From Planctomycetota bacterium (GTDB lineage: Bacteria; Planctomycetota; Planctomycetia; Pirellulales; Pirellulaceae): a DNA stretch of 37,578 bases. Positions within the stretch are counted from its first letter, which is position 1; every line of letters starts with the position of its first letter. Made by a program: the position numbers and the translations under genes. Shown here piece after piece: positions 9,386-18,585 of this stretch. The stretch covers positions 1-37,578 of the forward strand of contig JAPOKD010000001.1 in the NCBI GenBank assembly GCA_029977825.1, in the 5' to 3' direction. The notes beneath the pieces are model-generated. The model was not told the DNA's origin. It worked only from the letters and a program-made list of their open reading frames with translations, and ran no database searches.

Positions 9386-12184
9386 TTACTCGCAGTCTTC
9401 GTACTCTTCTTCATCTTCTTCATCGTATTCATCTTCCTCGTACTCATCTTCCTCGCTGTACTCGGAATCAACTTGACCGTCTCCGTTTTCCTCATCTTCT
9501 TCGTACTCTGACTCGTCTTCATCTTCATCGGCGTGGTCTTCTGCAGCGACTTCCTCAATAGCCCCGCCCTGGCTGGCAACGACGTCGTCTTCCTCATCAA
9601 CATCGAGTCCCTGCATGGCTTGCCATTGCGCCATGGTCATGACAACTTCTCTGGCCTTACTTCCGTTGTAGTCACCAACGATCCCATCTTCAGCCATGAA
9701 GTCAATCAGCTTGGCAGCACGGCCATAACCAATGCCCAAGCAACGTTGCAGCAACGAACATGAACCACGTCCTTCACGAATGACCACCTCAATGGCACTG
9801 TCATAAAGTTCATCCCGTTTCTTGATCTGCTCCATCGACGTGCCATCGGCACCGTCTCCATCCTGCTCTACCTTCAGATTCATCAACTCGCCAACAAAGT
9901 TCTGTTCTCCTTTGCTGCAATGGTCGCAGATGGTGTCAATTTCGTCATCTGAAAGGAAGGTACCCTGACCACGAATCAATGTGCTGGTACCTGGCCACAG
10001 GAACAACATATCGCCATTGCCTAGCAGCTTGTCGGCTCCATTTTCATCAAGCACGACGCGGCTATCGGTCTTACTGGCAACCTGGAAACTAAGACGGGCC
10101 GGCAGGTTGCTCTTAATCAAGCCAGTGATTACGTCGACCGTTGGTTTTTGAGTTGCAAGAATCAAGTGGATTCCAACCGCACGACTTTTCTGGGCAAGCC
10201 GGATGATATGCTGCTCAACATCCTTGCCCGCAGTCATCATCAAATCAGCCATCTCATCGGCGACGATTACGATGAAGGGCAGTTTTTCAGGTACGTCTTT
10301 AGTGGCGTCTGCCTCATCAATTTCAAGCCGTCGCATGATTTCTTCGCGACCCAGATCATTGAAGCTGTTGATATGGCGGACACCTACTTTGGCGAGCAGC
10401 GAATATCGCTCCTCCATTTTCTCTACCGCCCACGCCAGAATCGCTTCTGCCTTTTTCATATCCGTGATCACAGGATGCATCAAATGTGGCAGGCGGCCAT
10501 AACCACTCAGTTCGACCATTTTCGGGTCGATCATCAACATACGAACCTCGTCAGGCCTGCAGCACATCAGTACTGAGGTGATGATCGCGTTGAGACAAAC
10601 ACTCTTACCTGTACCCGTCCGACCGGCGATGAGCAGGTGTGGCATCTTCGCCAAATCAACCACCATCGGATTCCCTGAGACGTCTTTTCCCAGGAATACG
10701 GGAATGTTCATTTTCGCCGAACGCGTATCTGATTCCTCGATCACATCGCGGAGCCGAACTGCCTGGCGCGTCTCATTGGGAACCTCAATCCCCACGGTAT
10801 TTTTTCCGGGAATCGGTGCCACAATTCGAACACTTGGAACCCGCAATGCAATCGCAAGGTCATCTGCGAGCCCAGTGATCTTGCTCAATCTCAGTCCGGC
10901 CTCCAGTTCAATCTCATATTGAGCAATAACGGGCCCGGTCTCAATCTCAACGACGCGAATATTGAAGCCAAAGTCCCGGAAGGTTTCTTCCAGTACATGT
11001 GCCTTGCGTCGTACTTCATGCAGTTGCTCTTCATAGCAGATATCATCGCTTTGCTCGAGCAATTCGATGCTTGGCAGACGGTAATCCTCCATACCGCCAG
11101 GCAGCGACTCATTCATGTCCTCAAACATGTTCTCTGATGATTCGGCTTTATTTTTTCGCTTGGGTACCTTTACCTTTGGCTGAGAAAGATTGTGGGATTC
11201 GTCTTTTCTGACAGTATGTTTCTCATTTCGGATATCCAGTTCCCGCTCCGCAGATTCGCTGGCACCATCACCCTCTTCATCCCAATCCTCTGCGTCCTCG
11301 TCGTATCCTTCTTCGACGAATTCCTCTTCGAGGTCCTCGTCCTCATACGCCTCTGGCTCTTGAACGCTTGACTTTGACTTTTTCTTGGGCTGACGAAACT
11401 TGATAGTCGGTTCACCACGCTCAGCCGGCTCTGATCCTCCACTGGCATCACTTTCAACATCAACATCATCATCTCCGTCGATCTTGATCGGTTCTTCCAA
11501 ATCAGTGAAAGGACGCCGGCGCCGTGGAGCAGGCAAAGCATTTGCGGCTCGTCTCAAACCCGATTTGGAAACCTTGTGACCTTCCTTCAGGATCCGCTTG
11601 CTGGCGTAAAGCAGGGCATAGTCACTGGTCATCAATGTGCCAACCAGAAACAAGGTCAGGGTCAAAATCCACGCTCCGGCAGGAGCAAAGTGTTCCAGCA
11701 GCCAAGTCGAGGTCATCGCACCAAGAAATCCACCACCACCAACCACTGGCAACCCAGAAGCCTGCAACGGCAACATTGCACCACCGGTCGCGACTGCAAT
11801 GACGATGATCGTGCCACCCAGAGACCGCAGCACGGGTGCATTCAAATTGCCACGCAAGATCAATGCGGTGGCCACGCCACCCAAAGCACCAATCACGATC
11901 GCTGATGCAATACCGAGAGCATCCAACAGCAACGAGGATAACAATGCCCCCCAGTAACCGCACGCATTGGTTATGGTGGCGTTGGGTGGAAATATGGTGG
12001 CATCAGGAGTGTAAAATTCACTGATGGGCCAGATTGGTGTGTCGAGTGGATCAGCCGCGTTGTGGGTAACAAGCGATACGGTCAAAATCAACGTAAAGGC
12101 GATCAGCACAAGCGCGCATACATCGCGAACGAGATTCGGTTTCCGTTCCAGATCAACGGTTTCGTCTATCGAGGCAGCCGACAT
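9386..12184 (-). CDS. ftsK: DNA translocase FtsK
   Basis: N-terminal multi-TM domain (NACGYWGA), acidic linker, PHLLIAGRTGTGKS, MIDPKMVEL, ATQKPTVDVITGLIKSN, LLGNGDML, and gamma domain SCSLLQRCLGIGYGRAAKLID. Start uncertain (12184 chosen; ORF extends to 12277). Confidence 0.96.
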   Translation of the reverse strand: MSAASIDETVDLERKPNLVRDVCALVLIAFTLILTVSLVTHNAADPLDTPIWPISEFYTPDATIFPPNATITNACGYWGALLSSLLLDALGIASAIVIGALGGVATALILRGNLNAPVLRSLGGTIIVIAVATGGAMLPLQASGLPVVGGGGFLGAMTSTWLLEHFAPAGAWILTLTLFLVGTLMTSDYALLYASKRILKEGHKVSKSGLRRAANALPAPRRRRPFTDLEEPIKIDGDDDVDVESDASGGSEPAERGEPTIKFRQPKKKSKSSVQEPEAYEDEDLEEEFVEEGYDEDAEDWDEEGDGASESAERELDIRNEKHTVRKDESHNLSQPKVKVPKRKNKAESSENMFEDMNESLPGGMEDYRLPSIELLEQSDDICYEEQLHEVRRKAHVLEETFRDFGFNIRVVEIETGPVIAQYEIELEAGLRLSKITGLADDLAIALRVPSVRIVAPIPGKNTVGIEVPNETRQAVRLRDVIEESDTRSAKMNIPVFLGKDVSGNPMVVDLAKMPHLLIAGRTGTGKSVCLNAIITSVLMCCRPDEVRMLMIDPKMVELSGYGRLPHLMHPVITDMKKAEAILAWAVEKMEERYSLLAKVGVRHINSFNDLGREEIMRRLEIDEADATKDVPEKLPFIVIVADEMADLMMTAGKDVEQHIIRLAQKSRAVGIHLILATQKPTVDVITGLIKSNLPARLSFQVASKTDSRVVLDENGADKLLGNGDMLFLWPGTSTLIRGQGTFLSDDEIDTICDHCSKGEQNFVGELMNLKVEQDGDGADGTSMEQIKKRDELYDSAIEVVIREGRGSCSLLQRCLGIGYGRAAKLIDFMAEDGIVGDYNGSKAREVVMTMAQWQAMQGLDVDEEDDVVASQGGAIEEVAAEDHADEDEDESEYEEDEENGDGQVDSEYSEEDEYEEDEYDEEDEEEYEDCE
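9389..9610 (-). repeat. Low-complexity acidic (D/E/Y) tract at the FtsK C-terminus
   Basis: Plus strand is rich in TCTTC/TCATC/TCGTACTC units; encodes EDEYEEDEYDEEDEEEY-like repeats. Confidence 0.75.
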
Positions 12185-12422
12185 GCATGCGCGCAAATTG
12201 AGTAGAGAGACTTCAACTTCTCTAAAATCGGCTATTTGCATCCTTGCTTGACAGCACGAAGGCACGAATCGCTGCAACCGCTACAACCGTCAAAGTCAAG
12301 CATGCCACGATACGCAAACCGGCTCACGCCCAAACTGAGGACCATCTTGCCGGCCGCGACTTTGCCCAGTCGTTTGTCACCGGCTTGCCCCTGCTGGTTG
12401 CTCACCGCAATGCACAGCGAGA

Positions 12423-12842
12423 TCAGCCTTCATAATGAAAGTCGATAGGAGTTTGCATGTCAGCATGCAGGCTTTGATGAACAGGACATTTTCTGGCTGC
12501 TGCTTCCAGGCGTGTCCGCAAGTCCATGTCCGGAACGGCCTTCGCGGGCACCGTAACGACTGTCCGCAGCGCCCCTATTCGACGCACTGGTTCGGTGATC
12601 ATTTCCTTCGTCACATGAATCCGCGTCCCCGACAGGTCAACATCATGCCGTTCAGCAACCAGGCCGAGTATTGTCATCACACAGGTACCCAACGCAGTGG
12701 CCACCAAATCAGTCGGTGAAAACGACTCCCCTTTTCCGCCGTTGTCGGTGGGAGCATCTGTACTGAGCTTCTGACCACTGGGGCCATGGGTGGCTTCACA
12801 ACGAAGTTGCCCAGTGTATGCAACATTGATTTCAACAGCCAT
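12423..12842 (-). CDS. OsmC/Ohr family protein
   Basis: TDAPTDNGGKGESFSPTDLVATALGTC ... ARKCPVHQSL, with the two conserved Cys. Confidence 0.93.
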   Translation of the reverse strand: MAVEINVAYTGQLRCEATHGPSGQKLSTDAPTDNGGKGESFSPTDLVATALGTCVMTILGLVAERHDVDLSGTRIHVTKEMITEPVRRIGALRTVVTVPAKAVPDMDLRTRLEAAARKCPVHQSLHADMQTPIDFHYEG

Positions 12843-13105
12843 TGGCGATCTTCTCAGGTTGTTTTCAGGGGTCTGGAATTTTAAAACGGAATCTTGTGTT
12901 TCGGTCTAGAGCAATCAAAGACGTTAATTGCCGTGCGCTCTGGGAAACGCAAATCGTCGGTGTGATACAAACGCTCGGAACAACCTGGCATCCTCGCCCG
13001 ACACATGTCGCCGCTGAAATGATCCGCTGCAACACCACGCATGACTTGCCACAACGAGACACGACAACACCGACGTCTCTGCAACCGACGGCATCCACAG
13101 TCTGA

Positions 13106-14098
13106 CTAGCTCATATTGGCAAAATCAGCAACTTCTTGAGCTGTGAATTTGCGCTCCAGCCTGGCACCCATCTGAGAGACGATTCTGGCTGCGGCGTGGG
13201 ATGCGAGATGTCCTGCCTGCTGCCAGCCCATTCCATTGGTGATGCCATACATAAGCGCACCGGCGTACATATCACCAGCTCCCGTCGTATCGATCGCTTT
13301 TGCTGCGGCTCCCTCGATTGGAAAAGCATCGCCACCGTGCATGATAAGAGAACCTTTATCACCCAGTGTGAGTGCTACATTCTCGGCATGCTCGTGGATT
13401 CTTGCCGCACATTGGATGGGATCCGTTTCTTTAGTCAGACTTTTTGCTTCTTCTTCGTTGCAAAAGAACAAGTCGACGGGCCCGCGAACAAGATCCCAGA
13501 TTTCATCACGAATCATATTTACAAGAAAGGGATCTGAGGCAGTCAAAGCCACTTTTACCCCAGCTTGCTTGGCAAGGTCCATGGCACGATACGCTGCTGC
13601 CTTGGTGGTTTCACCGGTCAACAAGTAACCTTCGACGTACACATATTTCGAAGATTCAACGAGCTTCTGCTCGATGTCATCTTCGGTGAGCGTGGCGGAT
13701 GCTCCCAAGTGTGTCAGCATCGTTCGCTGTGCATCGTCTGTGATCAAAACGGCGCAAGTGCCAGTGCTACTGCTGGCCGGTTTGACATCAATCCCGATTC
13801 CCAGTTCTCGCATGTCGCTGAGGAAGAATGACCCAATCTCATCATCGCCGACCTTACCGACATAGGCCACGGAACCCCCCAGGTCAGCCAAGGCTACGAT
13901 GGTGTTGGCGGCAGAACCGCCTGCACAACGGTGCAAAGGCGAACCACCAAGCTTGCCCAACACACCTAACTGCTGCTCCTCGTCAACCAAGGTCATTACA
14001 CCCTTCTCGATCTTAAGCTCTTCGAGGACCTGATCCGCGACTTGCGTCTGAATGTCGACGAGGGCGTTACCAACTCCATACACATCTATGTCAGCCAT
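13106..14098 (-). CDS. PfkB family sugar/nucleoside kinase (adenosine kinase-like)
   Basis: [49 protein letters not shown]. Confidence 0.92.
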   Translation of the reverse strand: MADIDVYGVGNALVDIQTQVADQVLEELKIEKGVMTLVDEEQQLGVLGKLGGSPLHRCAGGSAANTIVALADLGGSVAYVGKVGDDEIGSFFLSDMRELGIGIDVKPASSSTGTCAVLITDDAQRTMLTHLGASATLTEDDIEQKLVESSKYVYVEGYLLTGETTKAAAYRAMDLAKQAGVKVALTASDPFLVNMIRDEIWDLVRGPVDLFFCNEEEAKSLTKETDPIQCAARIHEHAENVALTLGDKGSLIMHGGDAFPIEGAAAKAIDTTGAGDMYAGALMYGITNGMGWQQAGHLASHAAARIVSQMGARLERKFTAQEVADFANMS

Positions 14099-14658
14099 TA
14101 TCAATCGCCTGTGGATTGCGAGTTTATTGAATCTTGTGTGTTGTCAGGTTGCTGTTCGGCTTGCTGTTCGGCACCTGATCCGGACGGGCCATTATCGGGT
14201 CCCGACAAACTTATGCAGTGAACAAGTGAACAACCATCAAATTCGAAAATGGTCACCCTGCTGCAGCGACGATCACCGGTCCTCGGTCTACTGCTGGCCA
14301 AACGGCGCACATCAGTCGAACCAAGGTAGTCGAACCAGGGTTCATCAGAAAGGAGATACAGAAGCGGAGTGGCTTCAGCCGCATCAATTCATCTGTTGAC
14401 GGATCAAACCGCGTTTTTTCCCGATCAAACAGCTGTTATTGCTCCGCTTCCTCTTGCCAAAAACGTCTTTTCCGGCGACACTTGCCGGCTGAAAGAAATC
14501 CAGCATGCGACCAGATGGCCTCGATTGTCGAGGCCATGCTCATTTCAGACGTCTGTTTGACGTTCACTGAGAGCTTTGGATCGCATCCTGCGAGCAGGTG
14601 AATTCCTGTTTCGCACATCCCTCGAATAACGTCATGCGTGGCGTAGAAAGGTTTGCCC

Positions 14659-15267
14659 ATGGCCCGTTATACCGGCCCAAAAGCTCGTATCAATCGTCGA
14701 CTCGGTACCCTGATTTACGAAACAGCGGGTGCCGCCCGTGCCCTTGACCGTCGCCCACAGCCACCCGGAATGCACGTCCGTGGCCGCCGTCCCAGCAACT
14801 ACGGCTTGGCGTTGATGGAAAAGCAGAAGATCAAACACTATTACGGCCTTGGTGAGCGTCAACTACGACGTTATTTCGATGCTGTTGGTCGCAAACCGGG
14901 CAACACCGGCGAATTGCTGCTGTTGATGTGCGAGCGACGACTGGACAACGTGGTTCGCCGCGTCGGGCTGACCAAGACACGCCCGCAAGCCCGTCAGGGG
15001 ATCACTCACGGCCACTTCCTGGTCAATGGCACCAAAGTCACGAAGCCCAATTATCTTTTGCGACCCGGCGACATCATTGAGGTTCGCGGTCGCGAAAACC
15101 TCAAGAACCTTTATCGGGGTGTCATCGCAAACGCGGCGCCGGACGCCCTCGACTGGGTGACTTTTGACAGTGAAAACCTGAAGGCGACCGTTTTGGGCGT
15201 GCCTGGACCAAGCGATATCAGTTTGCCAGTGGACGCGAACAGCGTGGTCGAATTCCTGTCTCGCTAG
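14659..15267 (+). CDS. rpsD: 30S ribosomal protein S4
   Basis: MARYTGPKARINRRLG, YGLALMEKQKIKHYYG, ERRLDNVVRR, ARQGITHGH, VVEFLSR. Confidence 0.98.
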   Translation: MARYTGPKARINRRLGTLIYETAGAARALDRRPQPPGMHVRGRRPSNYGLALMEKQKIKHYYGLGERQLRRYFDAVGRKPGNTGELLLLMCERRLDNVVRRVGLTKTRPQARQGITHGHFLVNGTKVTKPNYLLRPGDIIEVRGRENLKNLYRGVIANAAPDALDWVTFDSENLKATVLGVPGPSDISLPVDANSVVEFLSR

Positions 15268-15292
15268 TCGACGCGATATATTGAGTCGAATG

Positions 15293-15328
15293 GGCGTTTG
15301 CCGATCAGTACGGTCGCAAACGCCTTTA
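15293..15328 (+). terminator. Intrinsic terminator of rpsD
   Basis: GGCGTTTG-C-CGATC-AGTAC-GGTCG-CAAACGCC followed by TTT, 25 bp after the stop. A weaker hairpin (TCGAC..GTCGA) precedes it. Confidence 0.6.
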
Positions 15329-15595
15329 AGTCGAGCATGGCTGACGGCGATCACTCGAATCGGGGCACATGGTCATCAGGATCGTCTTTTCCTGAAAAGA
15401 CTTCATCCACCATGTCATGATCCGCGGCGAGGGTCGTTTTGCATATCTGCTGACGCGAATCACTGGTGGTTTGCTGCCACAAACTTCCAACTCGCGATCG
15501 TGAGCCAGACTCGTGATCTCTGGGATAACGGCCAATCTTTGCTGGACTCCCAGTTCATGCATCCCCTATCCAAATTTGCAAGGTAAGCCTCGCTC

Positions 15596-17035
15596 ATGCA
15601 TGCTCCAGTTGTTGTCCTTGGTGGTGGTCCCGGTGGTTATGCGGCAGCGTTTCTGGCTGCAGACGAAGGCCTGGATGTCACTATTGTTGAAGCCGAACCA
15701 CGACTCGGCGGCACCTGTCTGCTGAGAGGCTGCATTCCCAGCAAGGCACTTTTGCACGTCGCCAAAGTCATCAGCGAAGTTGAAGAACTACGTGAAGAAT
15801 GGGGTGTTGTCTATGACGAGAACCCCAAAATTGACATCGATAAGGTTCGTGCCCGTAAAGACAAGGTGATCTCGAACCTGACAGGAGGCCTGGGACAACT
15901 CGCCAAACGTCGAAATGTTACGGTCATTCAGGCGAGAGGAAGCTTCATCGACTCTACCACCCTGAAACTTGAAGGTGACCACGAATCGATCCCTGAGGGT
16001 GGAACACTTACCTTTGATACCTGCATTCTTGCAACCGGCAGCGTACCGGCCATGCCTCCGGCATTCCGGATCGACAGTGACCGTGTCATGGACAGCACTG
16101 GTGCTCTCGCCCTCGAAGATATCCCAGAGACGATGTTGGTGGTTGGAGGTGGTTATATCGGTTTGGAAATGGGCAGTGTCTATGCTCAGTTGGGGTCCAA
16201 GGTCAGCGTCGTCGAATTGATGGATGGGCTTCTTCCGGGTGCCGACCGAGACCTCGTCAAGCCTCTGGCAAAGCAGATTGATAAGCTTTGCGAAGGACGT
16301 GTTTTCCTGAACACGAAAGTGGGATCCCTGACAGAAGTGGGTGACAAGATTGAGGTCACCTTCGAAGGACCTAATAAATTCGGACACGAGCAATACGATC
16401 GAGTTCTAGTCAGCATCGGCCGCAGCCCGGTAACACGAGGCATTGGTCTTGAAAACACCAAGGTCGTGGTCAACGAACGCGGATTTGTGGTCTGCGATGA
16501 ACAACAGCGGACAGCTGATCCACATATCCTTGCGATTGGTGACATCGCCGGCGACCCGATGCTCGCGCACAAGGCGACCCACGAGGGCCGTGTCGCGGCT
16601 GAGGTTGTCGCGGGTAAGAATGTGGCATTCGACAAAGCTGCGATCCCGGCTGTTGTCTTCACCGATCCCGAGATCGCCTGGGCAGGAATCACCGAAGAAG
16701 AGGCCAAACGAGAGGGCGTTGAGGTTGACGTTGAGATGTATCCATGGGCTGCCAGTGGCCGTGCGCAGGCTCTTGGAATTACCAACGGTCTGACGAAATG
16801 GCTGGTAGACCCCAAGACCGACCGGGTACTGGGCTGCGGAATCGTTGGCAGTGGCGCGGGAGAACTCATCGCAGAAGCAGTCCTGGCAATCGAAATGGGT
16901 TGCGAAGTCCACGACATCACCGACAGTGTTCATCCTCACCCAACACTCAGCGAAACCCTGATGAACGCGGGTGAAGTCCACTTCGGAACCGCAACCGAGA
17001 TTTTCAAGCCGAAGAAAAAGCCTGCAAAAACCTGA
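15596..17035 (+). CDS. lpdA: Dihydrolipoyl dehydrogenase
   Basis: GGGPGGYAAA, redox disulfide GGTCLLRGCIPSK, GGGYIGLE, MLAHKATHEG, HPHPTLSE. Confidence 0.96.
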   Translation: MHAPVVVLGGGPGGYAAAFLAADEGLDVTIVEAEPRLGGTCLLRGCIPSKALLHVAKVISEVEELREEWGVVYDENPKIDIDKVRARKDKVISNLTGGLGQLAKRRNVTVIQARGSFIDSTTLKLEGDHESIPEGGTLTFDTCILATGSVPAMPPAFRIDSDRVMDSTGALALEDIPETMLVVGGGYIGLEMGSVYAQLGSKVSVVELMDGLLPGADRDLVKPLAKQIDKLCEGRVFLNTKVGSLTEVGDKIEVTFEGPNKFGHEQYDRVLVSIGRSPVTRGIGLENTKVVVNERGFVVCDEQQRTADPHILAIGDIAGDPMLAHKATHEGRVAAEVVAGKNVAFDKAAIPAVVFTDPEIAWAGITEEEAKREGVEVDVEMYPWAASGRAQALGITNGLTKWLVDPKTDRVLGCGIVGSGAGELIAEAVLAIEMGCEVHDITDSVHPHPTLSETLMNAGEVHFGTATEIFKPKKKPAKT

Positions 17036-17281
17036 TTCGAACCTGCGGAATGAGGGGCGGGTACCTGGCACAACTGGAAAAGAAATGGGTGGGACTTCGA
17101 CTACCCTTGAGCTGAACGGGAGCGTTGGAAAAATCGGCTTCCGATCAGGAACTTCAGGGATTTCCCGGCTGGATCCCCTGTCGCCACGTTCTGAACTCCG
17201 TCGATTTCAGATCCCTGCCATGTCCGGCCATTTCCTCGCCCGCGACTTACACTTGCGGAGCCGAAGCGTCTACAACATGTC

Positions 17282-18514
17282 TTGAATAGCGACTCTGCCC
17301 ATCCCAAAACTGCGAGATTTCCATTGAAGCCGCGACCGCTACTTGTTCTGTCGCTCGAAGGGCTGACTCCCGCTGCTTTGGGTTGCTATGGCTCATCCTG
17401 GAACAGAACCCCAGCGATTGATGCCATTGCTGATACCGGATGCGTCTGGGATCGCTGGCTGGCAACCGATGACCAACCATCCAAGATGTTTCTGCAGATG
17501 GTCGAAAGCCTGGACCAGACAAACCACTGGAAAGAAAAGTGGCAGGCCAACGGAACCATCGACCTGATCACCGATGTGGAAGATATCGCAGATAAATTTG
17601 AAAAACTGCCCTTTGATCGGATGGTTTCTTTGCATGATCGCGAGCAGCAGTGGAATCAGTCACCGGCAGAGGACATTGTTGACACTCAACTTGGTCAACT
17701 GGTAGCTGCCGCGATCGAACGTGATGCAGAGGAAGATGACTGGAGCATCCTGTGGCTGCACAGTGACTTCCTGACTAAACGCTGGGATGCCCCGCGTTAT
17801 ATGACTCTGATCGACGAAGGTGATGAAGATTCATTAGCCCCCAGCGACGAAGTCGAACTTCTTGAGAATGCAGACGAAGTCACTGAACGGGTCGAGAAAC
17901 TCCCCGCCTATTTCGAGGACCTCACACCACCCAGCTTGCAACTACCGGCCGAAGTACATCCCGATTTGGTCATGTCGTGGATGCGTACTTACGGTTGCCA
18001 AATCCGAATGCTCGACGTGCTGATCGAGATTCTTCTCACATCGCTGCAAGCGGAGGATCCACATGTTTTGATCGTGGGCACCAGCGGCTTCCAGTTAGGG
18101 CAACATGGCTGGGTGGGACATCGACTGGGACCACTAAGAAGTGCCGACATACGGCTTCCACTGATTGTGAGCGACCTCGGTCCACTGCATCTGCCCCAGT
18201 TGAGCGGTGGCAATACATTTCCCAAGATCCTGGATCAAATCGCCAACCACTCTTCGCCGGATAGATCGGGCTCCCTGCTGTGGTCTCCCGAACAATGGTG
18301 CCAATCAGATGAAGGCACCAGCGTAATCACCAGGTCAGACCGAACTGCGCATGCCGTGACGACGCCGGACTGGTTCTACGTTCAGGATCACGACCAATCC
18401 GAACACCTTTATCTGAAACCGGATGACATTGATGACTTCAATAACGTGGCGCGATTACGCCCCGATATTGTCGAGCAATTCACCAACGCACAAAAAACCC
18501 CCGCCGATCATTAG
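17282..18514 (+). CDS. Sulfatase/alkaline-phosphatase-fold protein lacking the CxPxR motif
   Basis: LVLSLEGL..AALGCYG..WNRTPAIDAIA matches the sulfatase N-terminus; also LGQHGWVGH, IRLPLIV and EHLYLKPDD....NNVA. TTG start is uncertain. Confidence 0.65.
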   Translation: MNSDSAHPKTARFPLKPRPLLVLSLEGLTPAALGCYGSSWNRTPAIDAIADTGCVWDRWLATDDQPSKMFLQMVESLDQTNHWKEKWQANGTIDLITDVEDIADKFEKLPFDRMVSLHDREQQWNQSPAEDIVDTQLGQLVAAAIERDAEEDDWSILWLHSDFLTKRWDAPRYMTLIDEGDEDSLAPSDEVELLENADEVTERVEKLPAYFEDLTPPSLQLPAEVHPDLVMSWMRTYGCQIRMLDVLIEILLTSLQAEDPHVLIVGTSGFQLGQHGWVGHRLGPLRSADIRLPLIVSDLGPLHLPQLSGGNTFPKILDQIANHSSPDRSGSLLWSPEQWCQSDEGTSVITRSDRTAHAVTTPDWFYVQDHDQSEHLYLKPDDIDDFNNVARLRPDIVEQFTNAQKTPADH

Positions 18515-18530
18515 ATCGGCGGGGCATTTT
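18492..18530. terminator. Bidirectional intrinsic terminator
   Basis: Perfect 11-bp stem CCCCGCCGATC (18499-18509), ATTA loop, GATCGGCGGGG (18514-18524). A6 on the left gives a U-tract for the minus strand; ATTTT on the right. Lies at the junction of convergent genes. Confidence 0.8.
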
Positions 18531-18585
18531 ATCTTCAGATGACCCAGACGGAAACTTGAATCCGACGTCGAGTCCTCAACAAAAA

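Noticed and set aside
9331-9603. Lys/Met/Thr-rich 90-aa ORF
   Set aside because: It is an alternative-frame reading of the GAA/GAT-rich ftsK tail.
12843-13105. Short Cys-containing ORFs in the pfkB-osmC gap
   Set aside because: They occur in several overlapping frames with no SD or recognisable motif, so none can be supported.
14149-14430. Direct repeats considered as a CRISPR remnant
   Set aside because: Units are 8-14 bp, differ from each other, occur only twice each and lack spacer-length intervals; no cas genes are present.
15788-17071. Long antisense ORFs (201, 244 and 221 aa) over lpdA; similar shadow ORFs over moxR, ftsK and rpsD
   Set aside because: They overlap well-supported genes on the opposite strand and show no protein motifs; this is expected from codon bias.
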